A stretch of 64,000 bases of DNA from Oscillospiraceae bacterium (GCA_017416245.1 JAFQCX010000022.1:7295-71294), one strand, 5' to 3'; positions 38,519-49,000 are shown, counted from the stretch's first letter. The notes: generated by a model not told the origin, from the letters alone. Made by a program: numbers and translations.

Positions 38519-40357
38519 ATGCAGAAAAACTGGCAGCGACCCCGCACCACGCGGCTGTATATCCAACCGCCCAAGTCCCAGCGCTTTTTCACCCTCTGGC
38601 GAGAGGGCAAGTTCTGCTTTGGCGAAATAGAAACACCCATTACAGATTATCTGGCGCAGACCTCTTCCGCCCTTTGGTTTGTGGACGGCGAGGGTGAGCA
38701 ACTGGATTTCCGCAACGCAGAGTATGTGATGCAGCCCAACGGCATTCCTGTCCACGGTCTGCGAAACAGTGTTGGCGATCTGGATGTGCAGTGGGAAACC
38801 TTTGCCACCTGCGAGCGGCTTTCCACCTGCTACATAAAACTGACCCTTACCAACAACAGCGATACTCCTTTGACCGACCGTTTTGGCTTTGCCCTGCGTA
38901 CCGGCCAGGAAAAGAAGCTTCTGTTTGACTCCCCGGATAACTACGGCTTCTACGCTCCCAAGCTGGACTACTGGCTGGACATCCCTGCCACCTGGAAACA
39001 GGAAGGCTGTGTGTTCCGGGATGGAGAACGCACCCTCAAGAGCTGGGGCGAGCTGGACTTTGCGCTGTGCGAGGACACCGGCTTTGCCTATGCAGATTTC
39101 TCCCTTGCGCCTCAGGAAAGCCGCAGCGTCTATTTTGCCTATGCCCCCACTGACTTCACTGCAGATGATTACGATACCCAGCGGGAGCAGGTCTTCCTCT
39201 TCTGGGAAAAGGAGCTTTCCCGCATTAACAAATTGCCGGAAAGCCTTACAAACGACCCGGAAAAGGTGCAGCTGATTCAGAATCTGGTGGTACACATTCT
39301 CCAGTGCTTCTGCTACAGCAAGGGTAACAATTACCTGCTCTCCCGTCAGGGCGGCCTGCAGCGGCAGATTTGGACCGGCGAGGCCAACCGCGTACTGGAT
39401 GTACTCCCCTTGATCGGCGATTTCGATGCTTATGTGGAGCCTGCCATCGATACGTACTTTAACGTATTCTGGACACAGACCGGCGAAGTCGTGCCCTTCG
39501 GTATCTGGTGGGCTATGCAGACCGGCAATGTGCTGTTCTCCTTCTCTAAGTACGCGGTAGAGCGGGATGCGGCGTATTTTGCCAATTATCGGGAAAAGGC
39601 TGTCAAATCCTTCCAATGGATGCGCGCCACCCGGGCAAGCACCGTAGCCGCCGGAAATATTGTTGCCGGGCTTTTCCCGCCTCTTTCCAGCTGCGATGAT
39701 GACCTGGTCTTCCAGAACTGGAACATCACAGATACCAGCAACATCATTGCCCTGCAGGCATTTTTAGAAGCCTGCAAGCATTTTGATGACCCCATTACGC
39801 CGGAGGTCGCGGCAGAACTGGAAGACTATGTGGGTGTTATGCGGAAATACTGGAACCTGCGGGTGGAAGAAAATAAGGATTCCGACGAGCTGCCGCCTTA
39901 CTATGCGCCCATTGGCGATAACACGCCTTACGAAAAGAGCTTCCTTTTTAACGCCATGACTTGGTCTGCCATCAATGTTGTGGATGCCCCGGTGGAGGAC
40001 TGCGAAAAATTCCTCCGGTATCTGAAGCGGCGCAGATTGCAGGTGGGCGGTCTTTACAACAAAATGCCGGAAAACCTTGGTCCTACCGGCTCTATGAAGC
40101 ACAGCTACAATGGCGTAGGAAAATCGGTGGTCTGGTATACCTCCACTGCGGAATTCCAGTTCTTTGCATACTTTATGCGCCACGGGATGCTTAAGCGCTG
40201 CGAGGAGATCATCCGTGACCAGATTCGTTTTTCCATGACGGACGAATGCTATATGGTGGAGCGGTTCCACGAGGACAACCCCTGGTTCATCCCCTGGTCT
40301 CCCAACGCTTCCGCCAACGGAAGACTTATCACTATGCTGATAAGCTACTACAAATAA
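38519..40357 (+). CDS. Uncharacterised 612-aa protein, probable (alpha/alpha)6 glycoside hydrolase-like
   Basis: SD aaggaggt; beta-rich N-terminal half, helical aromatic C-terminal half with a terminal YMVERF motif; divergent from AraC; no signal peptide. Confidence 0.6.
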   Translation: MQKNWQRPRTTRLYIQPPKSQRFFTLWREGKFCFGEIETPITDYLAQTSSALWFVDGEGEQLDFRNAEYVMQPNGIPVHGLRNSVGDLDVQWETFATCERLSTCYIKLTLTNNSDTPLTDRFGFALRTGQEKKLLFDSPDNYGFYAPKLDYWLDIPATWKQEGCVFRDGERTLKSWGELDFALCEDTGFAYADFSLAPQESRSVYFAYAPTDFTADDYDTQREQVFLFWEKELSRINKLPESLTNDPEKVQLIQNLVVHILQCFCYSKGNNYLLSRQGGLQRQIWTGEANRVLDVLPLIGDFDAYVEPAIDTYFNVFWTQTGEVVPFGIWWAMQTGNVLFSFSKYAVERDAAYFANYREKAVKSFQWMRATRASTVAAGNIVAGLFPPLSSCDDDLVFQNWNITDTSNIIALQAFLEACKHFDDPITPEVAAELEDYVGVMRKYWNLRVEENKDSDELPPYYAPIGDNTPYEKSFLFNAMTWSAINVVDAPVEDCEKFLRYLKRRRLQVGGLYNKMPENLGPTGSMKHSYNGVGKSVVWYTSTAEFQFFAYFMRHGMLKRCEEIIRDQIRFSMTDECYMVERFHEDNPWFIPWSPNASANGRLITMLISYYK

Positions 40358-40359
40358 AC

Positions 40360-40395
40360 AAAATGGCGTGTTGCAATTTCGCAACACGCCATTTT
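40360..40395. terminator. Bidirectional terminator
   Basis: aaaatggcgtgttgc-aatttc-gcaacacgccatttt. Confidence 0.8.
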
Positions 40396-40400
40396 CATAC

Positions 40401-41207
40401 TTATAACTGTTCCCAAAGCCAGGGCAGCTGGGTTTCAAACTCTCCGCCATAGGGTGTGGCTTCAGATGTGTGTTCCAGCACCCGTTCCACAAACTTTGCC
40501 GCCAGCTCTCCTGCTTCCATAGGGTCACGTCCCAGCAAATAAGCCCCTGCAAACACGGCGCTGAACATATCGCCCGTGCCGTGAAGGGCATTCGCCCGCC
40601 GGTCTGTGTGATAGGAGAACATTCCCTCCTCCCGGTGGATGCCCACAAAGCCAACTTGGTTTTCGGCAGGGGTCACGCCGGTGATGACCACCGTTTCCGT
40701 CTTGCGTCCGCAGAGCTTTTCCAGCATCATACGGAGCATATGCCCGTCGGTCTGCTCCGGATAGGGCAAACCCGTCAGCAGGCAGGCCTCTGTTACATTG
40801 GGAAGCACCACATCTGCCATTGCCGCCAGATCCCGCAGGACTGCTACGTGGTCCTGGGTAATGCCCTTGTAGAGTTTGCCGCGATCTCCCATTACCGGGT
40901 CTAAAAACACGGGACAGTCGAAGGTAGAAATCACTTCTGCCACCGCCTCAGCCTGCTGTGGGTCGGACAGGTAGCCGATGAGGATAGCATCAAACTCTGC
41001 GCCGATCTCCTGTAAATGGTCGCAAATGGGGGAAATTTCCTCTGTTAAAGAGCGAATATGGGGTTTGGGAAAACCTGTGTGCGTACTAAGCACCGCAGTG
41101 GGCAGCACCGAACAGTTGATTCCCATCGCCGACAGGATCGGCAGCGCCACCGTCAGGCTGCACCTTCCTACGCAGGATAAATCCTGAATAACAAGTATCT
41201 TTTTCAT
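40401..41207 (-). CDS. pdxK: Pyridoxal/pyridoxamine kinase
   Basis: QDLSCVGRCSL, LPTAVLSTHTG, DPVMGD, PNVTEA and GTGD motifs; start MKKIL. Confidence 0.88.
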   Translation of the reverse strand: MKKILVIQDLSCVGRCSLTVALPILSAMGINCSVLPTAVLSTHTGFPKPHIRSLTEEISPICDHLQEIGAEFDAILIGYLSDPQQAEAVAEVISTFDCPVFLDPVMGDRGKLYKGITQDHVAVLRDLAAMADVVLPNVTEACLLTGLPYPEQTDGHMLRMMLEKLCGRKTETVVITGVTPAENQVGFVGIHREEGMFSYHTDRRANALHGTGDMFSAVFAGAYLLGRDPMEAGELAAKFVERVLEHTSEATPYGGEFETQLPWLWEQL

Positions 41208-41211
41208 ATTA

Positions 41212-41431
41212 AGCAGTGGGAAATCGAGCGCCGATAGCCCCACCGAAATCCTTTCATTTTTTCCTTGTATTACCCTTTCCTGTGGGGTACTGAGCAGTTT
41301 GCAGAGAGCGGCTTTTCGGCAAGACAAGAAAAATCGCGCAGGGAATACCCGTTGGTATTTTCAAGGGATTTTCCGCAGTATTGGCGGAAAGCAGCCTCTG
41401 GAAACCTATCGGGGTTCGGTTTTCCACTGCT
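41212..41431. mobile_element. 220-bp MITE-like fold-back element
   Basis: Imperfect 26-bp terminal inverted repeats (agcagtgggaaatcgagcgccgatag / ctatcggggttcggttttccactgct), flanked by tta / tca; internal long hairpin. Confidence 0.75.
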
Positions 41432-43264
41432 TCAATCCTGACCGGCCCGCTTCTTCATCAGCTCACGCATACGCTGGCTGTGATCCAGGGTGCGCTTGCG
41501 AATTCGCAGGCTCTTGGGGGTGCATTCCAGCAGCTCGTCGTCTGCCAAAAATTCCAGACACTGCTCCAGAGAATAGTTACGGGGTGTCACCAGCCGCAGG
41601 GCTTCATCGGAGCCGGAGGCGCGCATATTGGTCAGCTGCTTCTTCTTGCAGACGTTGACGGTCATATCCTCGTTCCGGCTGCAGATGCCCACCACCATAC
41701 CGGCATACACCGGTGTGCCGGGGCCGATAAACAGAGCGCCACGCTCCTGGGCTGCGTGCAGACCGTAGGTCACTGCCTCGCCGGACTCGAAGGAGATCAG
41801 GGAGCCTGTCAGACGGCGCTCCACCTCGCCCTTCATAGGGGCGTAGGAATCCAGCACCGAGGACATAATGCCCTCGCCACGGGTATCGGTCAAAAATTCA
41901 CTGCGGTAGCCGAACAGACCGCGGGAAGGCACTAAGAACTCCAAGCGGTAGCGGTTACCCATAGGGGTCATAGACAGCAGATCGCCCTTCCGGCGGCCCA
42001 TTTTTTCAATGACGCTGCCCATGCATTCTTCCGGCACGTCCGCAACCATCCGTTCGATGGGCTCGCAGACCTTGCCGTCAATTTCTTTCGTCAGCACACG
42101 GGGGGTGGATACGGAGAATTCGTAGCCCTCACGGCGCATGGTTTCCATCAAAATGCTAAGGTGCATCTCGCCGCGGCCCGCCACGTTGAAGGCATCGGTG
42201 CCCTGCTCAGTCACGTGCAGGGATACATCCTTTAAAAGCTCCTTATCCAGCCGGTCACGAAGATTCCGGGAGGTGACAAACTTTCCCTCACGGCCTGCAA
42301 AGGGAGAATCGTTCACCGCAAAGGTCATTTCTATGGTGGGATCGGAGATTTTCACAAAGGGCAGGGGCTCTATCGCATCGGGGGCGCAAAGGGTTCTGCC
42401 GATGGTAATATCCGCCATGCCGGAAAGGGCCACGATCTCGCCGGCGGAAGCCTCCTGCACTGCCTGCTTGCCCAATCCGTCGTAGGTATACAGGGCAACC
42501 ACCTTGCCCTTTTGCTTGATATCAGCATTGTGGTAGTCGGTAATGACCACTTCCTGGTTGACCTTGATGGTACCCCGCTCCACACGACCCACGGCAATTC
42601 TGCCCACGTACTCGTTATAATCGATGGCAGATACCAGCAGCTGCAGGGGCGCGTTCGCATCTCCCTCGGGAGCAGGCACGTAGTTCACGATGGTTTCAAA
42701 CAGGGGAATCAAATCTGTACCCAGCTGGTCGGGGCTATAGGAAGCAATGCCCTGACGGCCGGAGCAGAACACAGTGGGAGAATTGAACTGCTCGTCGGTA
42801 GCGTCCAGCTCCAGCAGCAGCTCCAGCACCTCGTCCATTACCTCGTGGACACGCGCATCGGGCTTGTCCACCTTGTTAACAGCAACGATCACCTTATGAC
42901 CCAGCTCCAGGGCCTTACCCAGCACAAAACGGGTCTGGGGCATAGGACCTTCCGCGGCGTCTACCAGCAGGATAACGCCGTTGACCATTTTCAGGATACG
43001 CTCCACCTCGCCGCCAAAGTCCGCGTGACCGGGGGTATCCACAATGTTGATTTTATAGTCCTTGTACTGGACAGAGGTGTTCTTTGCCAAAATGGTAATC
43101 CCACGCTCCCGCTCCAAGTCGCCGGAGTCCATCACACGGTCCTGGGTCGCCTGATTTTCCCGGTAGATACCGCCCTGCTTGAGAAGCTCATCCACCAGGG
43201 TAGTCTTGCCGTGGTCAACGTGAGCGATGATCGCAATGTTTCTGATTTTTTCCTGTGTTGCCAT
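41432..43264 (-). CDS. typA: Translational GTPase TypA/BipA
   Basis: [32 protein letters not shown] and NMRASGSD motifs. Confidence 0.97.
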   Translation of the reverse strand: MATQEKIRNIAIIAHVDHGKTTLVDELLKQGGIYRENQATQDRVMDSGDLERERGITILAKNTSVQYKDYKINIVDTPGHADFGGEVERILKMVNGVILLVDAAEGPMPQTRFVLGKALELGHKVIVAVNKVDKPDARVHEVMDEVLELLLELDATDEQFNSPTVFCSGRQGIASYSPDQLGTDLIPLFETIVNYVPAPEGDANAPLQLLVSAIDYNEYVGRIAVGRVERGTIKVNQEVVITDYHNADIKQKGKVVALYTYDGLGKQAVQEASAGEIVALSGMADITIGRTLCAPDAIEPLPFVKISDPTIEMTFAVNDSPFAGREGKFVTSRNLRDRLDKELLKDVSLHVTEQGTDAFNVAGRGEMHLSILMETMRREGYEFSVSTPRVLTKEIDGKVCEPIERMVADVPEECMGSVIEKMGRRKGDLLSMTPMGNRYRLEFLVPSRGLFGYRSEFLTDTRGEGIMSSVLDSYAPMKGEVERRLTGSLISFESGEAVTYGLHAAQERGALFIGPGTPVYAGMVVGICSRNEDMTVNVCKKKQLTNMRASGSDEALRLVTPRNYSLEQCLEFLADDELLECTPKSLRIRKRTLDHSQRMRELMKKRAGQD

Positions 43265-43471
43265 ATAGTTGGCCCTTCTTTCTCAACAAATGTAAAATTG
43301 CCATTTCATCCTAGCGTACACTATACCACTTCCCCAAAAAAATTGCAATCAATTTGGTAATTTTTTACGATTTTTCAAGGTATTTTGCCCTTGCAAACCT
43401 GTACCCCCTATGATATGATAGTAAACACATTGTAAAATCGATAACTATATACTTTCAGGAGGCATCTTCAT

Positions 43472-44977
43472 ATGGCTTATTATTTTCCCGAGCCCAGCCA
43501 TACATTCAGCGAATATCTGCTGATTCCCGGCTACACATCCGAAAACTGCATCCCCGCAAATGTATCCCTGCGCACCCCTCTGACCAAGTACCGCAAGGGT
43601 GTGGAGGAGCCTGCAATTTCTTTGAACATTCCCATGACCTCTGCCATTATGCAGTCCGTTTCCAACGACACGCTGGCAATTGCCCTGGCAAAGGAGGGCG
43701 GCTTGAGCTTTATCTACGGCTCTCAGACCATTGAATCTCAGGCAGCAATGGTTGCCAAGGTCAAGGGCTACAAGGCAGGCTTTGTGGTTTCCGCCTCCAA
43801 CCTGACTCCCGATGCTACCCTTAACGATGTGCTGGCACTGAAGGAACGCAACGGCTTCTCCACCGTGGCAATCACCGAAGATGGCACTGCCACCGGCAAG
43901 CTGCTGGGTATCGTCACCAGCCGTGACTACCGCATAAGCCGTATGGACGGCTCTGAGAAGGTTTCCACCTTTATGACTCCCAGAGAAAAAATGGTGGTTG
44001 CCCCCGCTGACACCACACTGAAGGCTGCCAACGATATCATTTGGGAGCATAAGCTCAACAGCCTTCCCATCGTGGACGATGAAGACCGGCTGATGTACTT
44101 CGTATTCCGCAAGGACTATGCCTCCCACAAGGCCAATCCCCAGGAACTGCTGGACGACAAAAAGCGGTATTTAGTGGGCGCAGGTATCAACACCCGGGAC
44201 TACGCTGAGCGTGTTCCCGCATTGCTGGCTGCCGGCGCTGACGTGCTGTGTATCGACTCCTCCGAGGGCTACTCCTGCTGGCAGGCAAACACCATCAAGT
44301 GGATACGTGATCACTATGGCGACAGCGTAAAGATCGGCGCAGGCAACGTGGTTGACCGTGACGGCTTTATGTTCCTTGCCAAGGCCGGCGCTGACTTTGT
44401 TAAGGTCGGTATCGGCGGCGGCTCTATCTGCATCACCCGTGAGACCAAGGGTATCGGCCGCGGACAGGCCACTGCCCTGATCGATGTAGCTGCTGCCCGT
44501 GATGAGTATTTCGCAGAGACCGGCATTTATGTACCTATCTGCTCTGACGGCGGTATCGTACACGATTACCATATGACCCTGGCGCTGGCTATGGGCGCTG
44601 ACTTTATGATGCTGGGCCGATATTTTGCAAGATTTGATGAGTCCCCCACGCCCAAGGTGCTGGTGAACGGCTCTTATATGAAGGAGTACTGGGGCGAAGG
44701 CTCTAACCGCGCCCGTAACTGGCAGCGCTACGACCTGGGCGGCAACACCAAGCTGACCTTTGAGGAAGGCGTTGACTCCTATGTTACCTACGCAGGCAGC
44801 CTGCACGACAATGTGGAAGCAAGCCTTTACAAGGTCAAGTCCACTATGTGCAACTGCGGCGAGCTGACGATCCCCGATCTGCAGAAGAATGCCAAGCTGA
44901 CGCTGGTATCCTCCGTTTCCATCGTAGAGGGCGGCTACCACGACGTTACTCTCCGTTCCGGCTCCAGCAGCAAATAA
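43472..44977 (+). CDS. guaB: IMP dehydrogenase with CBS domains
   Basis: [25 protein letters not shown] and YWGEGS motifs. Confidence 0.95.
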   Translation: MAYYFPEPSHTFSEYLLIPGYTSENCIPANVSLRTPLTKYRKGVEEPAISLNIPMTSAIMQSVSNDTLAIALAKEGGLSFIYGSQTIESQAAMVAKVKGYKAGFVVSASNLTPDATLNDVLALKERNGFSTVAITEDGTATGKLLGIVTSRDYRISRMDGSEKVSTFMTPREKMVVAPADTTLKAANDIIWEHKLNSLPIVDDEDRLMYFVFRKDYASHKANPQELLDDKKRYLVGAGINTRDYAERVPALLAAGADVLCIDSSEGYSCWQANTIKWIRDHYGDSVKIGAGNVVDRDGFMFLAKAGADFVKVGIGGGSICITRETKGIGRGQATALIDVAAARDEYFAETGIYVPICSDGGIVHDYHMTLALAMGADFMMLGRYFARFDESPTPKVLVNGSYMKEYWGEGSNRARNWQRYDLGGNTKLTFEEGVDSYVTYAGSLHDNVEASLYKVKSTMCNCGELTIPDLQKNAKLTLVSSVSIVEGGYHDVTLRSGSSSK

Positions 44978-44988
44978 GAGGAACTGAT

Positions 44989-45330
44989 ATGTTTTTTTAT
45001 TATCAGAATTCCCTTTTGGCATCGGCTATAAGCATCTTTGGCTGCTTGATGATCTTTATGGGCGTGACAGATGCGGTGAGCGAAAAGTATCTCTTCATTG
45101 GTCTTGGCCTTGTTTTAGTGATTGCCGGCAAGCTGATCTCCAAGCGCAAGGCTTTCAAGAAATGGTGGGAGCAGGTGGAAGATGCCGGTCTGGAAGAACG
45201 CATCAAAACCGATGTGGCAGTGGCAAAGGTGGTTTACAGCAAAAATCCCATCAGAGCCACACTGAAAAAGATTGAATCCCTGAATCCTGCCGCTGCGGAA
45301 GCGATTCGGGAAGAGGAAGATTACGAATAA
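44989..45330 (+). CDS. Hypothetical two-TM membrane protein
   Basis: SD gagga plus ATG just after guaB; two hydrophobic helices; followed by a terminator. Confidence 0.75.
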   Translation: MFFYYQNSLLASAISIFGCLMIFMGVTDAVSEKYLFIGLGLVLVIAGKLISKRKAFKKWWEQVEDAGLEERIKTDVAVAKVVYSKNPIRATLKKIESLNPAAAEAIREEEDYE

Positions 45331-45332
45331 CA

Positions 45333-45365
45333 AAAATCCCCGACTGTGAAAAGTCGGGGATTTTT
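45333..45365 (+). terminator. Terminator after guaB operon
   Basis: aaaatccccgact-gtgaaa-agtcggggattttt. Confidence 0.85.
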
Positions 45366-45433
45366 ATTTGGCAATTGCAATCTTTCCCAATACAGGCTAT
45401 AATACTTCTAACAACGAAGCAAGGAGAATGACC

Positions 45434-45841
45434 TTGGAAAATTACTTTAATATGAAGTTCACCCTACAACAGGTGAATGCGATCTCCAATTTGGGCCTTG
45501 CCCATATGGGTGACGGTGTGTATGAGCTGATGTGCCGGACGCATCTGTGCGCTGCCGGTGATCATACAGTACGAAATCTTCATAAGGACACGGTGAATTT
45601 GGTAAAAGCCCCCACACAGGCCGCTTTTGCGGATAAAATCAAGCCCTTTCTCACCGAAGAGGAAATGGATTTTTACCGCCGTGGCAAAAACGCCCACACC
45701 CACGCCGCCCCCAAGTCTGCAAGCCGTATAGAATACGCAAAGGCAACGGGCTTGGAGACCCTGTTCGGGGCGCTGTATCTGCTGGGACGCAGAGATCGGC
45801 TGAACGAATTGTTCGCAATGATGATGAAAGAGGACGACTAA
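45434..45841 (+). CDS. mrnC: Mini-ribonuclease III
   Basis: LAHMGDGVYEL, RRGKNA and ATGLETLFGALYL motifs; TTG 45434 best spaced from SD (ATG 45428 alternative). Confidence 0.9.
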   Translation: MENYFNMKFTLQQVNAISNLGLAHMGDGVYELMCRTHLCAAGDHTVRNLHKDTVNLVKAPTQAAFADKIKPFLTEEEMDFYRRGKNAHTHAAPKSASRIEYAKATGLETLFGALYLLGRRDRLNELFAMMMKEDD

Positions 45842-47608
45842 ATGGCCTTTGATGCATATTTTTTATCGGCTGTTCTTGGTGAGATCCGAAAAAACGCCTT
45901 GGGTGGTCGGATCGAGAAGATCCACCAGCCCAGTCGGGATACGGTTCTTCTCCACTTAAAATGCGCCGAGGGGCGGCAGAAGCTGCTGTTTGGAATGAAT
46001 CCCACCGCCCCCCGTCTGCACTTGACTGCCGTCAGCCCTGAAAACCCTGCCGAGCCCCCTATGTTTTGTATGCTGCTGCGCAAGCACTTAAGCGGCGCGC
46101 GGCTGGCAGAGATCAACCAGATCCCTATGGAACGGTGGGCAGAGTTCACCTTTGATTGCATTGACGAGATGGGTGACGCGGTGCAGAAAAAGCTCATTGC
46201 CGAGCTGATGGGCAGGACCTGCAATCTGTATCTATTAGGCGCTGACGGGCGAATTATCGATTGCCTGCGGCGGGTTGGTTTGGACGAAACTGCCAAGCGC
46301 CCCGCTTTGCCCGGTATGTACTATCAGCTGCCGATGCCCATTGAAAAGCAAAATCCCGTAGATTTTGCGGATTTTGCAGGCATTTTGGCTGCGCCCGGCG
46401 CGGATATTTTGGCTGACCGGCTGATGGACAGCTTTGGCGGTCTTTCTCCCCTTGTGTGTCGGGAGGCTGCGCTCTTTGCTGCCGGTGACACCGATGCCCG
46501 GGTGGAGGGCATGGACGTTCCCGTGGTTGCGGAAAAACTGGCGCTGTTCTTTGGTGAGCATCTTCGCCACCCTGCGCCTTATCTCTACACCTCCTCTGAC
46601 GGCACACCCAAGCAGTTCGCCTTCTGCCCCATTCGTCAGTATGGCAGCTGTATGGAGGTCAATTCCTTCGGAGAACTGCTGGACAGCTTTTATACCGTCC
46701 GCGACCGGAAGGACGCTATGCGTCAGAAAAGTCAGACTGTGCGGAAAACTGTGCAAAATCTCTGCCAGCGGCTAACCAAAAAGCTGGCCATTCAGGAAAA
46801 GGAACGGCTGGAAAGTCTGGATCGGGAACGTTTACGTCAGTTAGGGGACATTCTCACCGCCAATCTGCACCGCATCCAAAAAGGGCAGACCAAGGTGGTG
46901 GTGCAGGACTTCTATGACGAGAATATGGCGGAAATTGAGGTTGCCCTCTCCCCCATTCTCTCCCCGCAGCAGAACGCGGCGAAATTCTACAAGGACTACG
47001 CCCGTATGAAGACCGCCGAAAAGGAGCTGACCCGTCAAATTGAAATCGGTCAGCAGGAACTGACCTATTTGCAGAGTGTTTTAGAAGAGCTTAGCCGGGC
47101 AGATACAGATGCGGAGCTGGAGGAGATCCGGCAGGAATTGCAATCCGGCGGGTATTTGAAAATGGATACCGGCAAGCGGAAAATGAAGGTGGCAAGGCTC
47201 TCCCCCATGCGGTTTGAATCCACAGACGGCTATCCCATTTATGTGGGCAGAAACAACCGGCAGAACGATGAGCTGACCTTTAAAATGGCCCGAAAGGACG
47301 ATATTTGGCTTCACGCCTCCAAGGTACACGGCAGCCACGTCATTATCGCCTGCGCAGGCGTAACGCCTCCCGACGACACCATCACCCAGGCCGCTCAACT
47401 GGCAGCCTACTACGCAGAAACAGGTGGTGGACAGAACATCCCCGTGGATGTGGTGCCTGTGAAGCTGGTAAAAAAGACCCCGGACAGAAAGCCCGGTATG
47501 GTCATTTACCACTCCCACCGAACTGTGGTGGTCAACCCCTACCCGGATATCGTGGTAGACCCCTTGAATGCAGAGAAAAAGCCGGAAGCGTACGGTACGA
47601 ACTCCTAA
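45842..47608 (+). CDS. rqcH: RqcH/FbpA (NFACT) ribosome quality control protein
   Basis: MAFD, PPMFCMLLRKHL, ELMGR, VGRNNRQND, WLH..GSHV and PGMVIY motifs. Confidence 0.93.
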   Translation: MAFDAYFLSAVLGEIRKNALGGRIEKIHQPSRDTVLLHLKCAEGRQKLLFGMNPTAPRLHLTAVSPENPAEPPMFCMLLRKHLSGARLAEINQIPMERWAEFTFDCIDEMGDAVQKKLIAELMGRTCNLYLLGADGRIIDCLRRVGLDETAKRPALPGMYYQLPMPIEKQNPVDFADFAGILAAPGADILADRLMDSFGGLSPLVCREAALFAAGDTDARVEGMDVPVVAEKLALFFGEHLRHPAPYLYTSSDGTPKQFAFCPIRQYGSCMEVNSFGELLDSFYTVRDRKDAMRQKSQTVRKTVQNLCQRLTKKLAIQEKERLESLDRERLRQLGDILTANLHRIQKGQTKVVVQDFYDENMAEIEVALSPILSPQQNAAKFYKDYARMKTAEKELTRQIEIGQQELTYLQSVLEELSRADTDAELEEIRQELQSGGYLKMDTGKRKMKVARLSPMRFESTDGYPIYVGRNNRQNDELTFKMARKDDIWLHASKVHGSHVIIACAGVTPPDDTITQAAQLAAYYAETGGGQNIPVDVVPVKLVKKTPDRKPGMVIYHSHRTVVVNPYPDIVVDPLNAEKKPEAYGTNS

Positions 47609-47829
47609 GAATAGTTTTGAATAAGAAAAATACGTTCCTTTCCAGCAAGAAGACGGCAGAGAATATTTCGTATTCTCTGCCGTCTTCTTGTCAAGCACTG
47701 CACTTGCGGATGCAAATGCAAATATTTCAACTCCCAGTTGGAGCGTGTAACATTGCCTCTATTACAACAAACCGCGATTTGTGTTATAATGATTTCACAC
47801 CGGTGATAATGAAGATGCAGGAGGTTTTT

Positions 47830-48696
47830 ATGGAACTAAAGATTGGAGAAAAGATTGCAAAATACAGAAAGCTTAAAGGCTATACACAAGAACAACTTGG
47901 CGAATTGGTTGGTGTTTCGGGACAAGCTGTATCTAAATGGGAAAATGGCGGAGTACCCGACACATATTTATTGCCGAGTATTTCTGCAGTTTTGTGTGTA
48001 TCTATTGATGCCTTGTTCGGAGTAGAAAAGAAAATATCTGATTACTCTCAAGATGAAATACTTGACAATTTGTTTAGGTTTTGCCTTCAAAAGACCCACT
48101 GCAAAGATGACGAAATAGATTTATTCAAATTTATGTTTGATACTATATGGACTTTGCAAAGCGCATATTTCGGGAATGAAAGCCGACCGATATTAAAAGA
48201 TGTTATTGACAATAATCGCGGCAATCAGCAAATAACATCGCAAATCATCAATGATAAGGGAACAACATATTTATCGCTTGTAGAAAACTTCCCCTTCTTT
48301 TGCGCTGTCTGCGATACCCCGGAAATATCAAAAAAGATATTGTCCGAAAAAAACTTTGGGGAGTTTTTCTCATTACTTGCTTCGGAAGATGGAATGAAGG
48401 CAATTATTTTCACGCAAAGCACAACAGAAACAAGTCAATATACAGCGGATATGATTGCTAAGAAAATCGGGATATCACTTGAAAGATTTCTTGAAATTGA
48501 ACCGCTACTTATTAAATACGGTCTTTTGAATGAAGATAGCTTAACGTTAGATGATAGCATAATCAATGTGTATCATAAGTGGAGCAATCCCGAAATCCGT
48601 CCCCTATTGATGATGGCATACCAATTCATAAACGCAAGACAATGTTATTACAACTTCACTTGCAACAGAACGAAACCCTATTTTGAATATGAATAA
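47830..48696 (+). CDS. XRE-family HTH transcriptional regulator (AT-rich gene)
   Basis: TQEQLGELVGVSGQAVSKWENG; SD ggagg; uncharacterised C-terminal region. Confidence 0.85.
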   Translation: MELKIGEKIAKYRKLKGYTQEQLGELVGVSGQAVSKWENGGVPDTYLLPSISAVLCVSIDALFGVEKKISDYSQDEILDNLFRFCLQKTHCKDDEIDLFKFMFDTIWTLQSAYFGNESRPILKDVIDNNRGNQQITSQIINDKGTTYLSLVENFPFFCAVCDTPEISKKILSEKNFGEFFSLLASEDGMKAIIFTQSTTETSQYTADMIAKKIGISLERFLEIEPLLIKYGLLNEDSLTLDDSIINVYHKWSNPEIRPLLMMAYQFINARQCYYNFTCNRTKPYFEYE

Positions 48697-48792
48697 AATG
48701 TATTGCCAAGAGTAACCGCATAGTCACTCTCAGCGGTGATTCATTTCATTTATTATCCTATCGTCTTTGCGATGGTGAGTAAGTGCGTACTT

Positions 48793-48889
48793 GCGAACGA
48801 CTAATAGTTGCCCCTACAATATTTTTACAGGGTGTCGAGGATGCAACCCCCTGCAATTGTTTGCGGCGGGAGCAAGCCCCCGCCCTACA
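48793..48889 (-). repeat. Tandem cluster of three different GTAG-type REPs
   Basis: Units at 48793-48818, 48829-48855 and 48863-48889, each ending ct(a/g)caat on the + strand. Confidence 0.75.
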
Positions 48890-48914
48890 ATGGTATCCGA
48901 TAGATGCAGAGAAC

Positions 48915-48948
48915 AAAAAACCGGAAGCGTAATGCTTCCGGCTTTTTG
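48915..48948. terminator. Bidirectional terminator
   Basis: aaaaaaccggaagc-gtaat-gcttccggcttttt. Confidence 0.8.
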
Positions 48949-48958
48949 TTATTTGCTG

Positions 48959-48994
48959 GGGATTGCCACAGGTGCTACGCACCTTCGCAATGAC
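48959..48994 (-). repeat. TGTC/CGTC-type palindromic repeat
   Basis: gggattgccac-aggtgctacgcacct-tcgcaatgac. Confidence 0.8.
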
Positions 48995-49000
48995 CGTTTT

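Noticed and set aside
43265-43471. Purine riboswitch upstream of guaB (also checked the bmp and nucleoside-ABC leaders)
   Set aside because: No aptamer consensus; leaders are short and AT-rich
47305-47829. 463-aa ORF suggesting an rqcH-XRE frameshift fusion
   Set aside because: The extension crosses a hairpin and promoter region and reads as non-protein; the XRE gene has its own SD and ATG at 47830
48793-48889. Tandem 34-37-bp-spaced units as a mini CRISPR array
   Set aside because: The units are different REP palindromes, not identical repeats with unique spacers; no cas genes
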